DNA of 59,851 nt, the filler included, from Sluysia triapertura (taxonomy: Eukaryota): the NCBI GenBank assembly GCA_046118255.1. It is 4 parts of 4 records of this genome, joined end to end, with 100 filler letters (N's around TTAATTAATTAA, not from the genome) between each part and the next. Parts side by side here need not be neighbours in the genome. Positions count along the whole stretch, not along the records: positions 1 to 22,539 come from JBJNIA010222909.1; positions 22,640 to 33,670 come from JBJNIA010189875.1; 2 more parts are not named here. One strand, 5' to 3'. Below are positions 15,120-25,939 of the stretch, one piece after another. The position numbers and the translations under genes were made by a program. Every line of letters begins with the position of its first letter. The first letter of the stretch is position 1. The notes beneath the pieces were generated by a model, which was not told the DNA's origin, did not search any database, and saw only the letters and a list, made by a program, of their open reading frames with translations.

Positions 15120-15688
15120 AATCTTAATCTCATAACTAATTTAATAACTTCAACATTTCAATTGAACTGTCTCATAGAAAGTCAATTATTCGAATATCAC
15201 GGTCGCAAAAGATATACGTCGGTACTTCCTATGGATAATATTACTTTATTAATTACTGAGAAACAAGATCTAAAACTCAACAGACCACTTTCTATGGTTA
15301 TGCTAGCATCTTAATAATTTGGTAAATCCCATTGCCATATGTACCGATTTTTAGCTAATGAAGAGCGACATATTATTGCGATAATATATGTAGCACCAGC
15401 GAAATTAGAACAATTACATTTTCACTAAAAGGAACCCGAAAATATTTGTCATTATCAGAAATGTTGAGAAACGATCCAGCATTTTTAATATTAATTTTAG
15501 CTGCAATATTATTTATCATCGCTCTATCGATAGTTATACTGGTAATTATTATGTTTATGTCAAATAGATGTAAATATCCGTGTTTACCTCCAAATAATGA
15601 TGACGATGATCGATATAATATCCCACACAGAAATAATCTTCAGCCACCACCAGGATTTCCAATGGCACCACCCCCTGTCTATGAATAA
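15120..15688 (+). pseudogene. Type I membrane protein with Pro-rich tail and PPxY motif (5' part frameshifted)
   Basis: The frame is open upstream of the annotated start (TYYCDNICSTSEIRTITFSLKGTRKYLSLSEMLRNDP). It has a long hydrophobic TM segment and a tail ending QPPPGFPMAPPPVYE*. An upstream frame LNLITNLITSTFQLNCL.. may be the N-terminus. Confidence 0.6.
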
Positions 15689-15712
15689 GCAACGGGAAAT
15701 TATACACCATTA

Positions 15713-16703
15713 ATGTATGGCGGATGGCAAATGACAAGTTTAAAATCAGTTATGATAGCATGTATATGTATGACATGTATAATTAACGTACATACAAAAT
15801 CAATAATTACATACGCAAATATACAAAGTAATATTCCTAAAAACACCAATATTTCCATGAGTTGTTGCTTAGCTAATTGGTGTAAACATGGATTAGATAT
15901 TAGTAAATATATCAGACATTGGGTAATGATGTGTAACGGACTTGTAGAAAATCAATTGTTTAATATTACTTTGGAGTTAGAATTTGAATTTGAACCAAAC
16001 CAAGATTCAGAAATTATATCAATGCATAATTATAGAATTAGAACAAAACCTTATGTTTTTGATCATTTATCAATGTCTATAAAATTTCCAATGTTACTAT
16101 ATAGGGAAAGAAATAATTTTGTAAAAATAACAAACCCATTAACAAAAGTGCTATACTAATTGGTTACGAAATAAACAAAAAGAACCCACCCAAAAAGGAT
16201 TTTGATGAATTATTTGATAAAGAACAGCATTATGAACTAATACTTCCTAAAACTGATATGTATCTATTTTTCGCATTCGAACAAAATCTTACTTTTATCG
16301 AGGTTTGGATTCTACGTCATAAAGAAATTCACAATATACTTGGATTTTGGCCAGAATATAGAGTGTGCGATTTACGTGTGCCAATTTTAGACAAATTAGA
16401 TATTATTCCTACTCCAAAACCAGCCAGCACTACTACTACATTTCGAACAAAGCAAAAGTCATTTATCCCAATACGGCTGTAACTTATTCGGACAATTTAG
16501 ATAAGAATTTAAGTCTACTGAACAAGACTAATTTACAGAAAAATATAACAAATGACAATATACTAGAATTTTACCACGTTATATTGAGTTACTATATCTT
16601 AACTTCATTTCTTTTTCTTATAACAGCAATACACATTATGTTACAGGCTAATAAGTTTTATTTATTTATTAGACATAGGAGTCATCTTTTTATAAAAACA
16701 TAA
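15713..16703 (+). pseudogene. ~325-aa type I membrane glycoprotein split by two frameshifts
   Basis: ORFs 15713-16159, 16258-16482 (frame open from ~16156) and 16365-16703 join into one protein: signal-like MTSLKSVMIACICMTCIINVHT, Cys-containing ectodomain, PTPKPASTTTT stalk, several N-x-S/T sequons, C-terminal TM and short basic tail. Confidence 0.6.
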
Positions 16704-16724
16704 ACTATGAATGAAACATAGAGT

Positions 16725-16775
16725 GTGAGCATTGGTATCGTCTGCTTACTGACCACATGCGACGGCTGTTAACTG
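16725..16775 (+). ncRNA. Divergent hairpin short-intron-like repeat upstream of the RING ORF
   Basis: GTGAGCATTGGTATCGTCTGCTTACTGACCACATGCGACGGCTGTTAACTG has a GTGAG start, a CTTACTGA loop and end-to-end pairing. It is followed by a second donor GTGAGT (16789) and an acceptor TTTTAG (16952). Confidence 0.4.
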
Positions 16776-16952
16776 TCCATTCTCGGTCGTGAGTAGATTG
16801 GTGTTGGGGCTTATACCTTGTTTCACAATTAGTATAACATTTCTATAAATATTGAAATCAATTTATTTAAATTTTATAGTATTTTTCTTTTTAATTAACT
16901 TCGTAACAAATTTTGTATTACATGTATTTATTAATCTATTATATGATTTTAG

Positions 16953-17439
16953 ACAAAATTCATCGTCTTCTCTTCGTTTACCCTATGTTCTGCCTGTAGG
17001 CGTTCTATTCACAGATACTACGCTTTGACTGTTCCTTGTAAACATAGATTTCATTTTCATTGTCTGTATTTCTTGTTTGAGTCTGCTCCAAATCCTTTTC
17101 CTTTTTGTCATGTGTCGTACAACAATTAAGGAATGCGAGATATATTATAAAAGAGTATTTTGTCGTTCGTACAAATTTACTATTGAATATATTACACCTG
17201 GTGCATCTACTGTAGCACAATTTGGACTTCATGAAAATTCTACAGTTGACGTTTTTCGACCTGACAATAATACAAAAGTTTCTGTTTTGTACAATGGTTT
17301 TAAAGTTCCTAAACCTAATTATCCACAAGGACTAACGAAGTCCCAAAAACGTAATTATCGCAGACGACAATTGAGGAAATTTTATAAAACAAATAGATAC
17401 TTAGTTAATAACCCTATTATTAAAAAAGAAAAAATATAG
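16953..17439 (+). pseudogene. RING-H2 finger protein with Arg/Lys-rich C-terminus (one frameshift)
   Basis: Frame from 16986 reads CSACRRSIHRYYALTVPCKHRFHFHCLYFLFESAPNPFPFC, then a frameshift at ~17109 leads into MCRTTIKEC of ORF 17077-17439. This gives a complete C3H2C3 pattern. The tail is GLTKSQKRNYRRRQLRK. Confidence 0.8.
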
Positions 17440-17535
17440 TCACTTCATAAATATCGATAATCATATTATAAATATTAATAACTAGTATTCTTGTAAGTCT
17501 AAATAGAAACTGTATAAATATTATATTTAATTATA

Positions 17536-18361
17536 GTGCTAACTCACAATTATAAAGACAAAATCACTTTTTCATTATTTTTTATGCGTTTCTTTTCTCA
17601 CTCTCACAATTTTAATACAAGAACTTCATCAATCAACAATCTTCAACCAAAAGCAAGAATCATCAACCAACTTAAATCCTTTTACATCTCCGTCGATAAA
17701 TATTGTTCTAATTTATCTGCCCCTGCCTTTTTTCCTGACTACTTTTCAACTGATTGCCAGCTGAAGAGTGAATTAACGTTAAGTGTGGCTACACACCTTT
17801 TTTCCTTAAATCCCGAAAACCCACATATTACGTTACGGGGTTTGTCAAACGCGCTGGATGACTTTGATACCCTTTATATAGCTGTTGTGCGATGGGTAAC
17901 TAAAATAAATCTAACTGTTGGCAGTGCTCCCCTTTTATTGAGAATTGAAGGTCCTTCCACTTTACATCTTTCCGCTCTGACACGTAATTGCGGGATTTTT
18001 ATAGAGGCTCTGGAGTTTCCAACCTCAGCTGCGCTTATTCCCCCACCATTCCTTTCTCCACTTAAAAATCTATTTATAAATGATACGGTCAACATGGGAC
18101 TTCTTTCACCCACATTCCCCCCTTATCAGCTGAAGATGAAGACAGACTTATTTTCGTAGCTTATCACTACGTCCTTGATTTCATAATGAACCCCAAATTA
18201 CTGGTATCGCCTACACCCCGTTGAGTAAACAATTTCATTACGAGGTGCATATTAAGCCACGTGCCCGCATAAAAAATTTCCTAAGGGACACTCAATCGAT
18301 TTCCCCCGAAAATCTGAGAGACCCCAAGGATATCGATAGCGTCAAGCCCTATCACTTTTAA
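17536..18361 (+). pseudogene. Unknown ~270-aa protein, GC-richer than flanks, frameshifted near C-terminus
   Basis: The 207-aa ORF continues after shifts as LSAEDEDRLIFVAYHYVLDF and HNEPQITGIAYTPLSKQFHYEVHIKPRARIKNFLRDTQSISPENLRDPKDIDSVKPYHF*. No motif recognised. Confidence 0.55.
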
Positions 18362-19109
18362 ATATAGTAAACTAAAGTCTTTCAAACCATTATATTCAAC
18401 GCATAAATCGTATTCTTAATTTTAAAACCTAAATAAATCTCAAGAATTTATTCTAACATTCTTCATTTCACTTACAACTTAAATCATTTCTTTTATCTTC
18501 AAAAATAAATTTAATACAGCTTTAAAGAATTCATTTCTTTATGATGAAGCAACAACTATAACTGAAGCATAGTATACCACGTTACCGTTGCTCCTTCACA
18601 TAATAGCAATAGTTCTTATTTCTCAATCAAGATTTAGAAAGAAAAGATCATGTTTTCAAGATTGTTAAGAAATTTTATGTAATTTACTTTTACTTTTACT
18701 TTTAACAATGTTGTTGTTATTATTATTATCAACCATTAAATTATTTTAATTTATTTGATATCAAAACAGTTGCTGCCATTATCAGTATTGACACTTCTGT
18801 TCATGATTTTTATTAATATGCCAATACTGATGATGGTTAACCATCAGAAATCACCACTTTTCAATACCATCCAAGCATGAATGATATTATTCAGCTTAAT
18901 TTTTGTTAGAGTCATGATTGGATGGCCAACCACAAACTACTTTTTGTGATCTAATGTTTCCGTTGAGCTTAGCGAAAGTTTGTGTAAAATTGTTCGTTGT
19001 TTAACAATATGTCGTAAATTCCTAGAGATTTAGGTACCAAATTATGTGATCGGCAAAATATACCAGAAACAATTATATGTGTTAAAGGATCTTTTTTTAT
19101 AATGCATAT

Positions 19110-19640
19110 TTTATTATTACATGAAAAGAAAGTAAATTCGACCCTAATACTTGAAAAGAATTTGATCATAGTTATAAAACTGTTACATCAATGTGAACAA
19201 AGAAGAAGTAAATAATCGACTCTTCTATTTACCACTTACGTTGATGTTAAGTCAGAAAGTTCTTTAATTTATTTAGATAAGAGTCGTTTTATGTATTTGC
19301 TGCCATTATTTAAGAATTCGTTGAAAAGTCTTAGTCGGAGATCAAGTGAATGGTTAGCATTAGAGATAAAAACAGTTATTCAAAAATACTCCACTATATT
19401 ACGAGTTGTAAGGATTGATTTCTTTTTTTTCTGGTAAACAACTAACCATATCAGAGATCGTTGATGAAGGTAATAAAACAATTATTCTTATAATGAATTT
19501 ATGCAGATTAATCAGGAAGATTATTTTTAATAGGGTATCTTATGTAAGATTTAATTTTAAATTTATATTATTTTTTATCTTAGATAACACGTGCAGTAAC
19601 GAACCATTTAAAACTAATGCAAGAGTTAATTGATGAAATT
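19110..19640 (+). pseudogene. Unknown ORF family A, degraded copy
   Basis: TLILEKNLIIVIKLLHQ..LLFTTYVDVKSESSLIYL..SSEWLALEIKTVIQKY..VRIDF aligns with 56022-56204 (LTLSINKKVNFMTILNQ..LLFVDIKSSLIL). Confidence 0.45.
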
Positions 19641-19924
19641 AAATATGTTATTATATGTAATTAAGTTTTTTGTACGAAGTCTTATGTAATTTTCTCAAAC
19701 AAAGATTATGATAATAAAATTTAGTAGTATTTATTAGGAAATTAGCTTATTCTTGTAAAAATCATTATAATGGAATAAATCGGAGACATAAAATTATATT
19801 ATATAAGATCCTCAATAATAATTTTAAATATACTTTTTATATACTTATAAATTTTGAATCTAATGTTTCTAAACTGAAAACTACTTTCCTCATAATATCG
19901 GCAATTAGTACATTTATACTGTTC

Positions 19925-20100
19925 AGACTCAACATGGTTAATTCCTGCATCCATCAGGTCTTTATACTTGATACCTTAATAACTAGTTATAATTCAAATA
20001 TTACACTGAAACCTGGAAGGTTTAAATTAATACTAGAAAATATAAACTATTTTTATTTCTTTAACAATGTTGATCATTTAAAGAACTATCTATTACTTGA
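19925..20100 (+). mobile_element. Degraded Gypsy integrase zinc-binding region
   Basis: WLIPASIRS/ILDTL..PGRFKLILENINYFYFFNNVDHLKNYL resembles LxIPxSLRxxILxxxH..HxGxxKT..FYWxxMxxDV. Confidence 0.4.
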
Positions 20101-20539
20101 AGTTTATAAAATTATAAATCGATATGAACAACTTAAAATCAAACAATTAAAAAGATATTTAGTTCTAGAATTTAAATTCTTAAAATTATCAAACTTCCGC
20201 AATAACAAACCTCCAAAACTTAAAATATGAGAATATAAAATAAATTTGTTTAAATGGGTAATTGTTTTAATTACCTAATTTCATAAACAAAATGGAGGAA
20301 ACAAAAATACTATATAAGGTAAGCTAATTTTTGATAAAAACACAATTAAGGATTAAAAAAATCAAACGATCAAGAAAAACAAGAAAGTGAAAATTCTTCA
20401 AGAATTCATCAAGGAAAAACGTCAAATCGCAAAACAGAGTTCCATGAAAAAGTAATTTCGTTGTTTATAAGTTTCCAGAAGTCTTAATTTTACTAAAATA
20501 GGACATAACTTCTTACTTAAAATATCTAGTATATGTCAA

Positions 20540-20819
20540 ACCGTAAGAAGGCTGACTAAAATCACATTAAAATCTTTTTGAATCTAAGAAAAAGGAAATT
20601 TCCTTAAGATTTTAAATTGAATATCGGTATTATATATATACATGTAAAATTTTTATATTTATGTTCGTTGTAAAATTTTTTGGATTGATCACTGTATGAT
20701 TACTCTATTTTTTGTAGAATAGAATGACTCAATAGTTATGTTAACTTGTGTTATTTAAATTAGCAGTAGTAAAATTTTTAAAAAATTTGAATATTTGACA
20801 GACCGTAAGAAGGCTGACT
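20540..20819 (+). repeat. Perfect 18-bp direct repeat ACCGTAAGAAGGCTGACT (20540-20557, 20802-20819)
   Basis: Identical GC-rich 18-mer 262 bp apart in AT-rich DNA, just upstream of Gypsy pol debris. Confidence 0.8.
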
Positions 20820-20912
20820 CAACTTACGAATTAAATTAATTAAACTAATTCTTGATAAATATTGCTTCCAGTTGTTTGAGAAAAAAATTTAATAAATATT
20901 TGTTATTATAAG

Positions 20913-20949
<37 letters not shown>

Positions 20950-20989
20950 TAACAAATCTAGTTACCAGATATTTAAATTGTTAGGTGCG

Positions 20990-21900
20990 TTAGTATTAAT
21001 AAGGTCATTAGATAAAGTATGGATGTAAATTAATGTCAGTGACCTGGTTTTCAAATTTGATATATAAAGTCATACACATTAATATGAAAACACTATTAAA
21101 AAGTAGTTTTAAAAGTTTTTAACTGCAATTTTTAGAATTACATTTTAAATCAATTTGTGACTTAAAAAATTATACTAGTTGAGACCATTGATTTTTTATT
21201 TGGTTAATATTCAAATTGTTATTCAAGAACGTTCATCGAAAAAATTTGTTACTTTGTTCAAAGGAGTTACCAACAAGAAAAGATTAAAACATATTATCAA
21301 ATATCTAAGAAATTTGTCAGTTTATATTTCAATAAGATACCATTATTATAAAGAAGTAATAAAATTTATTTTTTAACTTCTGTAAACTTTAATTACAAAT
21401 TAACTTCGCGAGAATTTTATTATCTTCAAAGAAAAATAATAGTAAATTGTGTATTATTACTATAACACAATCTTATATATTAGTAGAATTATTCACTTAA
21501 ATTGTTTAAAAGTTCTAAATTATACGAGAAACTAATCAAGGAAATATTTCGTCCGACTACAATTGTTTAATTCAGTAACATCGTTTGGAACAAGTTCCAG
21601 TAATTCGAGTGCAAATATTCAATCACACATTTCATGCGATTGTCGAATGTAGACATCCCCACAATAGCATGTTCATTGTTCACGTAAGAAATTTTTCTCA
21701 TGATTTAGATGTGTATGTATTAAATATTTTCAAGAGCAAGTCAAAGTTTTATATTTGTTATTTATGGACTCGGGTGATCCTTTTGGATTTAGAATAATAA
21801 GCCCCTGACAAACATATTAACATTCCGTCTCCCAAAACAATTTAAACCACCTTATAAATAAGCACATTTGCCTATCATACAAAAAGTCATGAAATCACAA
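20990..21900 (+). mobile_element. Heavily deleted Gypsy pro-RT-RNase H remnant
   Basis: Ordered remnants: INVSDLVFKFDI (protease-like), LFKGV, REFYYL (cf. RExYPLP) and NNKPLTNIL (cf. TDHKPL). Confidence 0.4.
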
Positions 21901-22539
21901 CATTAAATTTGCATTTTACAAAATTGATTTAAACCGAACCTTAAGTCAATGTGTTGAAAAAATACAAAGTTTATTACGAAAAATACAATTTTGAGATAGC
22001 TTAAGTGAGAATTTATAAAGTAATAGTCTCAACAGCATATTGCAATAAATTGTTTAAAACCCTTGAAGATTTATGCAGAACGGTCTATTATGCTGATAAT
22101 GAGAATTAAATTGTGATAATTCTAACTTAATATATAATTTAACATCAAATTCATCGGAATATATTAATAATATTAAATCTCAAAAATAGATCATATCATA
22201 TTACCATATAATTTGTACACAAAATAATTTATAATTTTATTGTAATTTCAGATATTAAATCACTTTATTTTAGTATTGCTGTATTTTTAAGCGTGTAAAG
22301 CAAATTTAATATTTAGAAATAGGTTCGCCTATTCGTCGCACTTAAAATTTTTCTGTAATTATTTCACCTTTTTTATTAAACTTTTACTGATTATAATGTT
22401 TTATTTCAAAATACCTTGTCAATTATACTCTAATTCAAGATTCTCGTTTCAATTAAAATTCTTTAATAATAATTCTGAAAGATTTAAAAAAACAAATGAT
22501 AAAAAACAATAAAATGACAATATTATATATATATATATA

Positions 22540-22639
22540 NNNNNNNNNNNNNNNNNNNNNNNNNNNNNNNNNNNNNNNNNNNNTTAATTAATTAANNNNN
22601 NNNNNNNNNNNNNNNNNNNNNNNNNNNNNNNNNNNNNNN
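22540..22639. other. Assembly gap with TTAATTAATTAA spacer
   Basis: N-run with a central six-frame-stop linker. Identical gaps occur at 33671-33770 and 46267-46366. Confidence 0.97.
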
Positions 22640-22647
22640 AACAAATG

Positions 22648-22714
22648 TCGCCCAATCAGAGTATATTACATCACAAATACTAAACAATTAACTCTTGATA
22701 CTCTGATTGGACGA
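22648..22714. repeat. 17-bp inverted repeat containing CCAAT boxes
   Basis: TCGCCCAATCAGAGTAT (22648-22664) and ATACTCTGATTGGACGA (22698-22714), one mismatch. Confidence 0.75.
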
Positions 22715-23135
22715 AACAAAAATAGTAATAACAATTTGTAGTACAAACTAAAAATTATTACAATCTATTCATTGGAGCCAAAAATAGAGTGGAGTTAAAA
22801 ATTTTAGTGCCACAATTTAAATCCAGATAATATTTTAGACTTATATACCATCCATGCGGATTTCATTATTATCATCTATTTATCAAGCAAATCTCATTCT
22901 CAAAAAATTTGATACTAATTTGTTATATGGAATGTTTGTTAATGTAAAACAGTTACAATTGTAGTAGATCTACAAAAAGTTGCTGTTGATATATTTGGTC
23001 AGTATATCATGAGTACTGGAGAAAGTATGAGTCTTGCTAAACATGTATTAGCAATATGTTTCGTAAATAGTTCATTAAAAAATCCTTTTCAATGTCCACG
23101 AAAATTCACCATTATCTAATTATGAGTCCAAGCGT

Positions 23136-24242
23136 ATGTCTGAAATTACAATTCGTGCTATGAATGAAACTTCTACTAATTTATTGCCCTACCAATTAGA
23201 TAAAATTATTTATTCGTGTATGGATTCTGATAATGTTTTTGAACAAGGGCATTATGCCTCAGAAGGAGATTTCAATACAAGTTTATGGCATCAAACATTG
23301 GATTATGTAAAACAAGTACAACTCCTGAATTCGATCTTAGTAGATTCAAATGTACATGTACACATTAGAAAAGTAACGATAATCTCATATTTTAACGAAA
23401 GAGGATTCGTGATTTTAAACTTTAAAAACAATCCTTCTAAGAAAACTGTTAACGTAACAGATGAAATGGTTTCGGAGTCCGTAACAAGCAAAAGGTTATC
23501 GATTGTCATAGAAATTGCTCAAATGTCAAAGTATAAAACAATTATTGACAATAATGATCACATATTTCTACAAGCAGATTTTGTACAAAATGCACAAGAA
23601 CAAGTTAAAACTCATGGCTCTGCTGATTTTCTAGAAACTCGTAAGATTTCTAAATTTAATTTGTTAAACAACTTTGTAAATTATGATTTTAGTCATTTAT
23701 ATAATTATTTTCTAGATATGATTACAACGGTTTGGATTACACGGCACGCAACGGTCAAATACAGAAATTATAAAGACATCACAAGTACAAATAAAATTCC
23801 ATTGTGTGTAATAGATTTTAATGTTTTTTATTTAGTTTCTTTTATTTTAATTGAAATCTTTTTATTAAATGATAATGAATTAAAAATCGAGATTAGATGT
23901 ATAAATAGCCATTATATAAAATTGCTTAAGTTAAGGAAACAAATATATGCTCATAGATTTACTATTATCAATGATGCTCATAATCGAAATTCGGACACAA
24001 CTCTGGTTCTGCATTTTAATAAAACCTGCAATCAAAAGAATATTGAACAAATTATAAAATTCTTATATCTCATTTTACTACGACATGAATTAAGCTCTTC
24101 ATGTACGTACGTCAATTCTAAATTAATAATATATTCTCTTTATAATACTAATATAAACTTAACGCCCTCAACCATAACTTTATCACAATCTTTTCAACAT
24201 TTCATAACTATAACCCTCCAAAACGTTTATTTTAAAATTTAA
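23136..24242 (+). CDS. 368-aa intronless protein of unknown function (most intact member of family A)
   Basis: Longest ORF in the window, highly unlikely by chance at this AT content. A disrupted coding-like frame extends upstream (~22950-23120). A purine tract AAAAGGGTAGA followed by TGTAAAG at ~24787-24805 resembles a PPT/3' LTR start. Confidence 0.7.
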   Translation: MSEITIRAMNETSTNLLPYQLDKIIYSCMDSDNVFEQGHYASEGDFNTSLWHQTLDYVKQVQLLNSILVDSNVHVHIRKVTIISYFNERGFVILNFKNNPSKKTVNVTDEMVSESVTSKRLSIVIEIAQMSKYKTIIDNNDHIFLQADFVQNAQEQVKTHGSADFLETRKISKFNLLNNFVNYDFSHLYNYFLDMITTVWITRHATVKYRNYKDITSTNKIPLCVIDFNVFYLVSFILIEIFLLNDNELKIEIRCINSHYIKLLKLRKQIYAHRFTIINDAHNRNSDTTLVLHFNKTCNQKNIEQIIKFLYLILLRHELSSSCTYVNSKLIIYSLYNTNINLTPSTITLSQSFQHFITITLQNVYFKI

Positions 24243-25939
24243 ATGTTTATTAAAACGATCTATGAATAACGCTTATTCCTGGTTGTGATTGACGACTAAG
24301 AATAAATAAAAGTACATAATTGGAACCAGTATAAAAATAACATTTTTATGATATCACCTTACAACAAGTGGATATAGAAAAGTCATTTGGAAAAACATTG
24401 TAAAGCGGATAATTCGAGAAACATTCATTTTGTAATTTTGGAAACATTATTATTATCTGGAGGCTGCTGTCATTATAAATTATATCAAATCATTATTAGA
24501 AGTGGTATTTATTGGGAATCATATTGCGGAATTCGTCAAGTTACAAACATAAGTAAGCTAATTCTTGTAAGTGCATTGTTAAACTTTGCATTAAAATCAT
24601 TACGTAAATTTAATTCCGTTTATAACCCAAGAATTAATCCTGGGACAAACTCATTATTAAAATATCACTAAATTGTGTATTTATTTATTATAATTATTTA
24701 TTGATATTTTGATTTTGTTTTTTATGTTAAATACTCTTGTATATTCTTTTGTTAATTAATAAAATTTTGTTTATTAAAACCTTTTAAAAGGGGTAGATTG
24801 TAAAGGAAGACTGTGGTATTAGTTAAAACTATAATTGCTAGAGTCGAATTAGAGCATACTTGAATAGTTTCAGCAACCGAAAAGTTATATTATAGAATTA
24901 AGAAGCTAAACGTAAAGGATATAAGAAAATTATAGAAAATAATCTCAAAAAAATAGCAAACTTAATTAAGAAAGTTATTGACCCTTATATTCATTAAATT
25001 TTTTACTTTGATTAAATCCTGTGAACACATCCGTCGAAGATAAATCGTGTTACACAGGCGGACCCATTTTAAAGTAAATTTGTTTTTTATAATTGTTCCA
25101 AACTAGAAAGCGAACAAGATTAACATATAAGTACAACGTTGATAGATTCTTTGAATTAAAAATAATGTAAATATTTGTACCATTTTTTTAATTAGGTTGC
25201 TTCAATTAAGTGAGAATTGGGAGCTAACATAAACATTTTTCTGAAACATGCATTAAAAGAAGTTCGCACTTTAATAAACCCGATACATAAAACAAATACT
25301 TAGAGAATAAATTTTTGATTAAAATAAACGAAATTATGATTGTCTTATTATAATACACTTTATTTAAGTTAATATTTTACCTTTTCTTCACTCATTGATT
25401 TTAATAATGTTAATTAAATTTAATTCATTATCATATTTAAATTCAATAAGCTTCTTACAACTCATAAAATTATAAAATTAAAATAATTAGACTAAAATAA
25501 AGTTAAATAATTAAACTGACATATTTCTTACAAATTATGCATGTTTATAATATTTATATTTTTGCCTAAACTATAAAAATTACATGTATGTTATTTGTTT
25601 TAATTTTTTTGTAGTTATAGAATAAAAATTTATTTTATTTAAATAAAAAATCAATATTTTCTCATTATAAAAATTAAATTTACTGAAACATTGTTATATA
25701 ATAATATTAAAATGGAAGATTATTATTTTTTATTTATGATGTATTGCATTTATTGTATTTATTTATTTAAAATTTATTTATTTTAAATTTCATTTTTTAA
25801 GAATATTATTATTATTATTATTTATCTCAGAAATATTAGTTTAATATGTATTTTAATTACAAATATTTTAATGTTTTGGTTTTAATTGTTCATTTTAAAT
25901 ACAGTGTTTACAATTTTTTTTAATTTTTCAAATTTTACC

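Noticed and set aside
17874-18113. 79-aa minus-strand ORF and a possible gag zinc knuckle near 18250
   Set aside because: Shadow of the GC-richer plus-strand ORF; no complete CX2CX4HX4C.
22584-22595. TTAATTAATTAA palindrome inside N-runs (also at 33.7 and 46.3 kb)
   Set aside because: Artificial scaffolding spacer with stops in all six frames; not biological.
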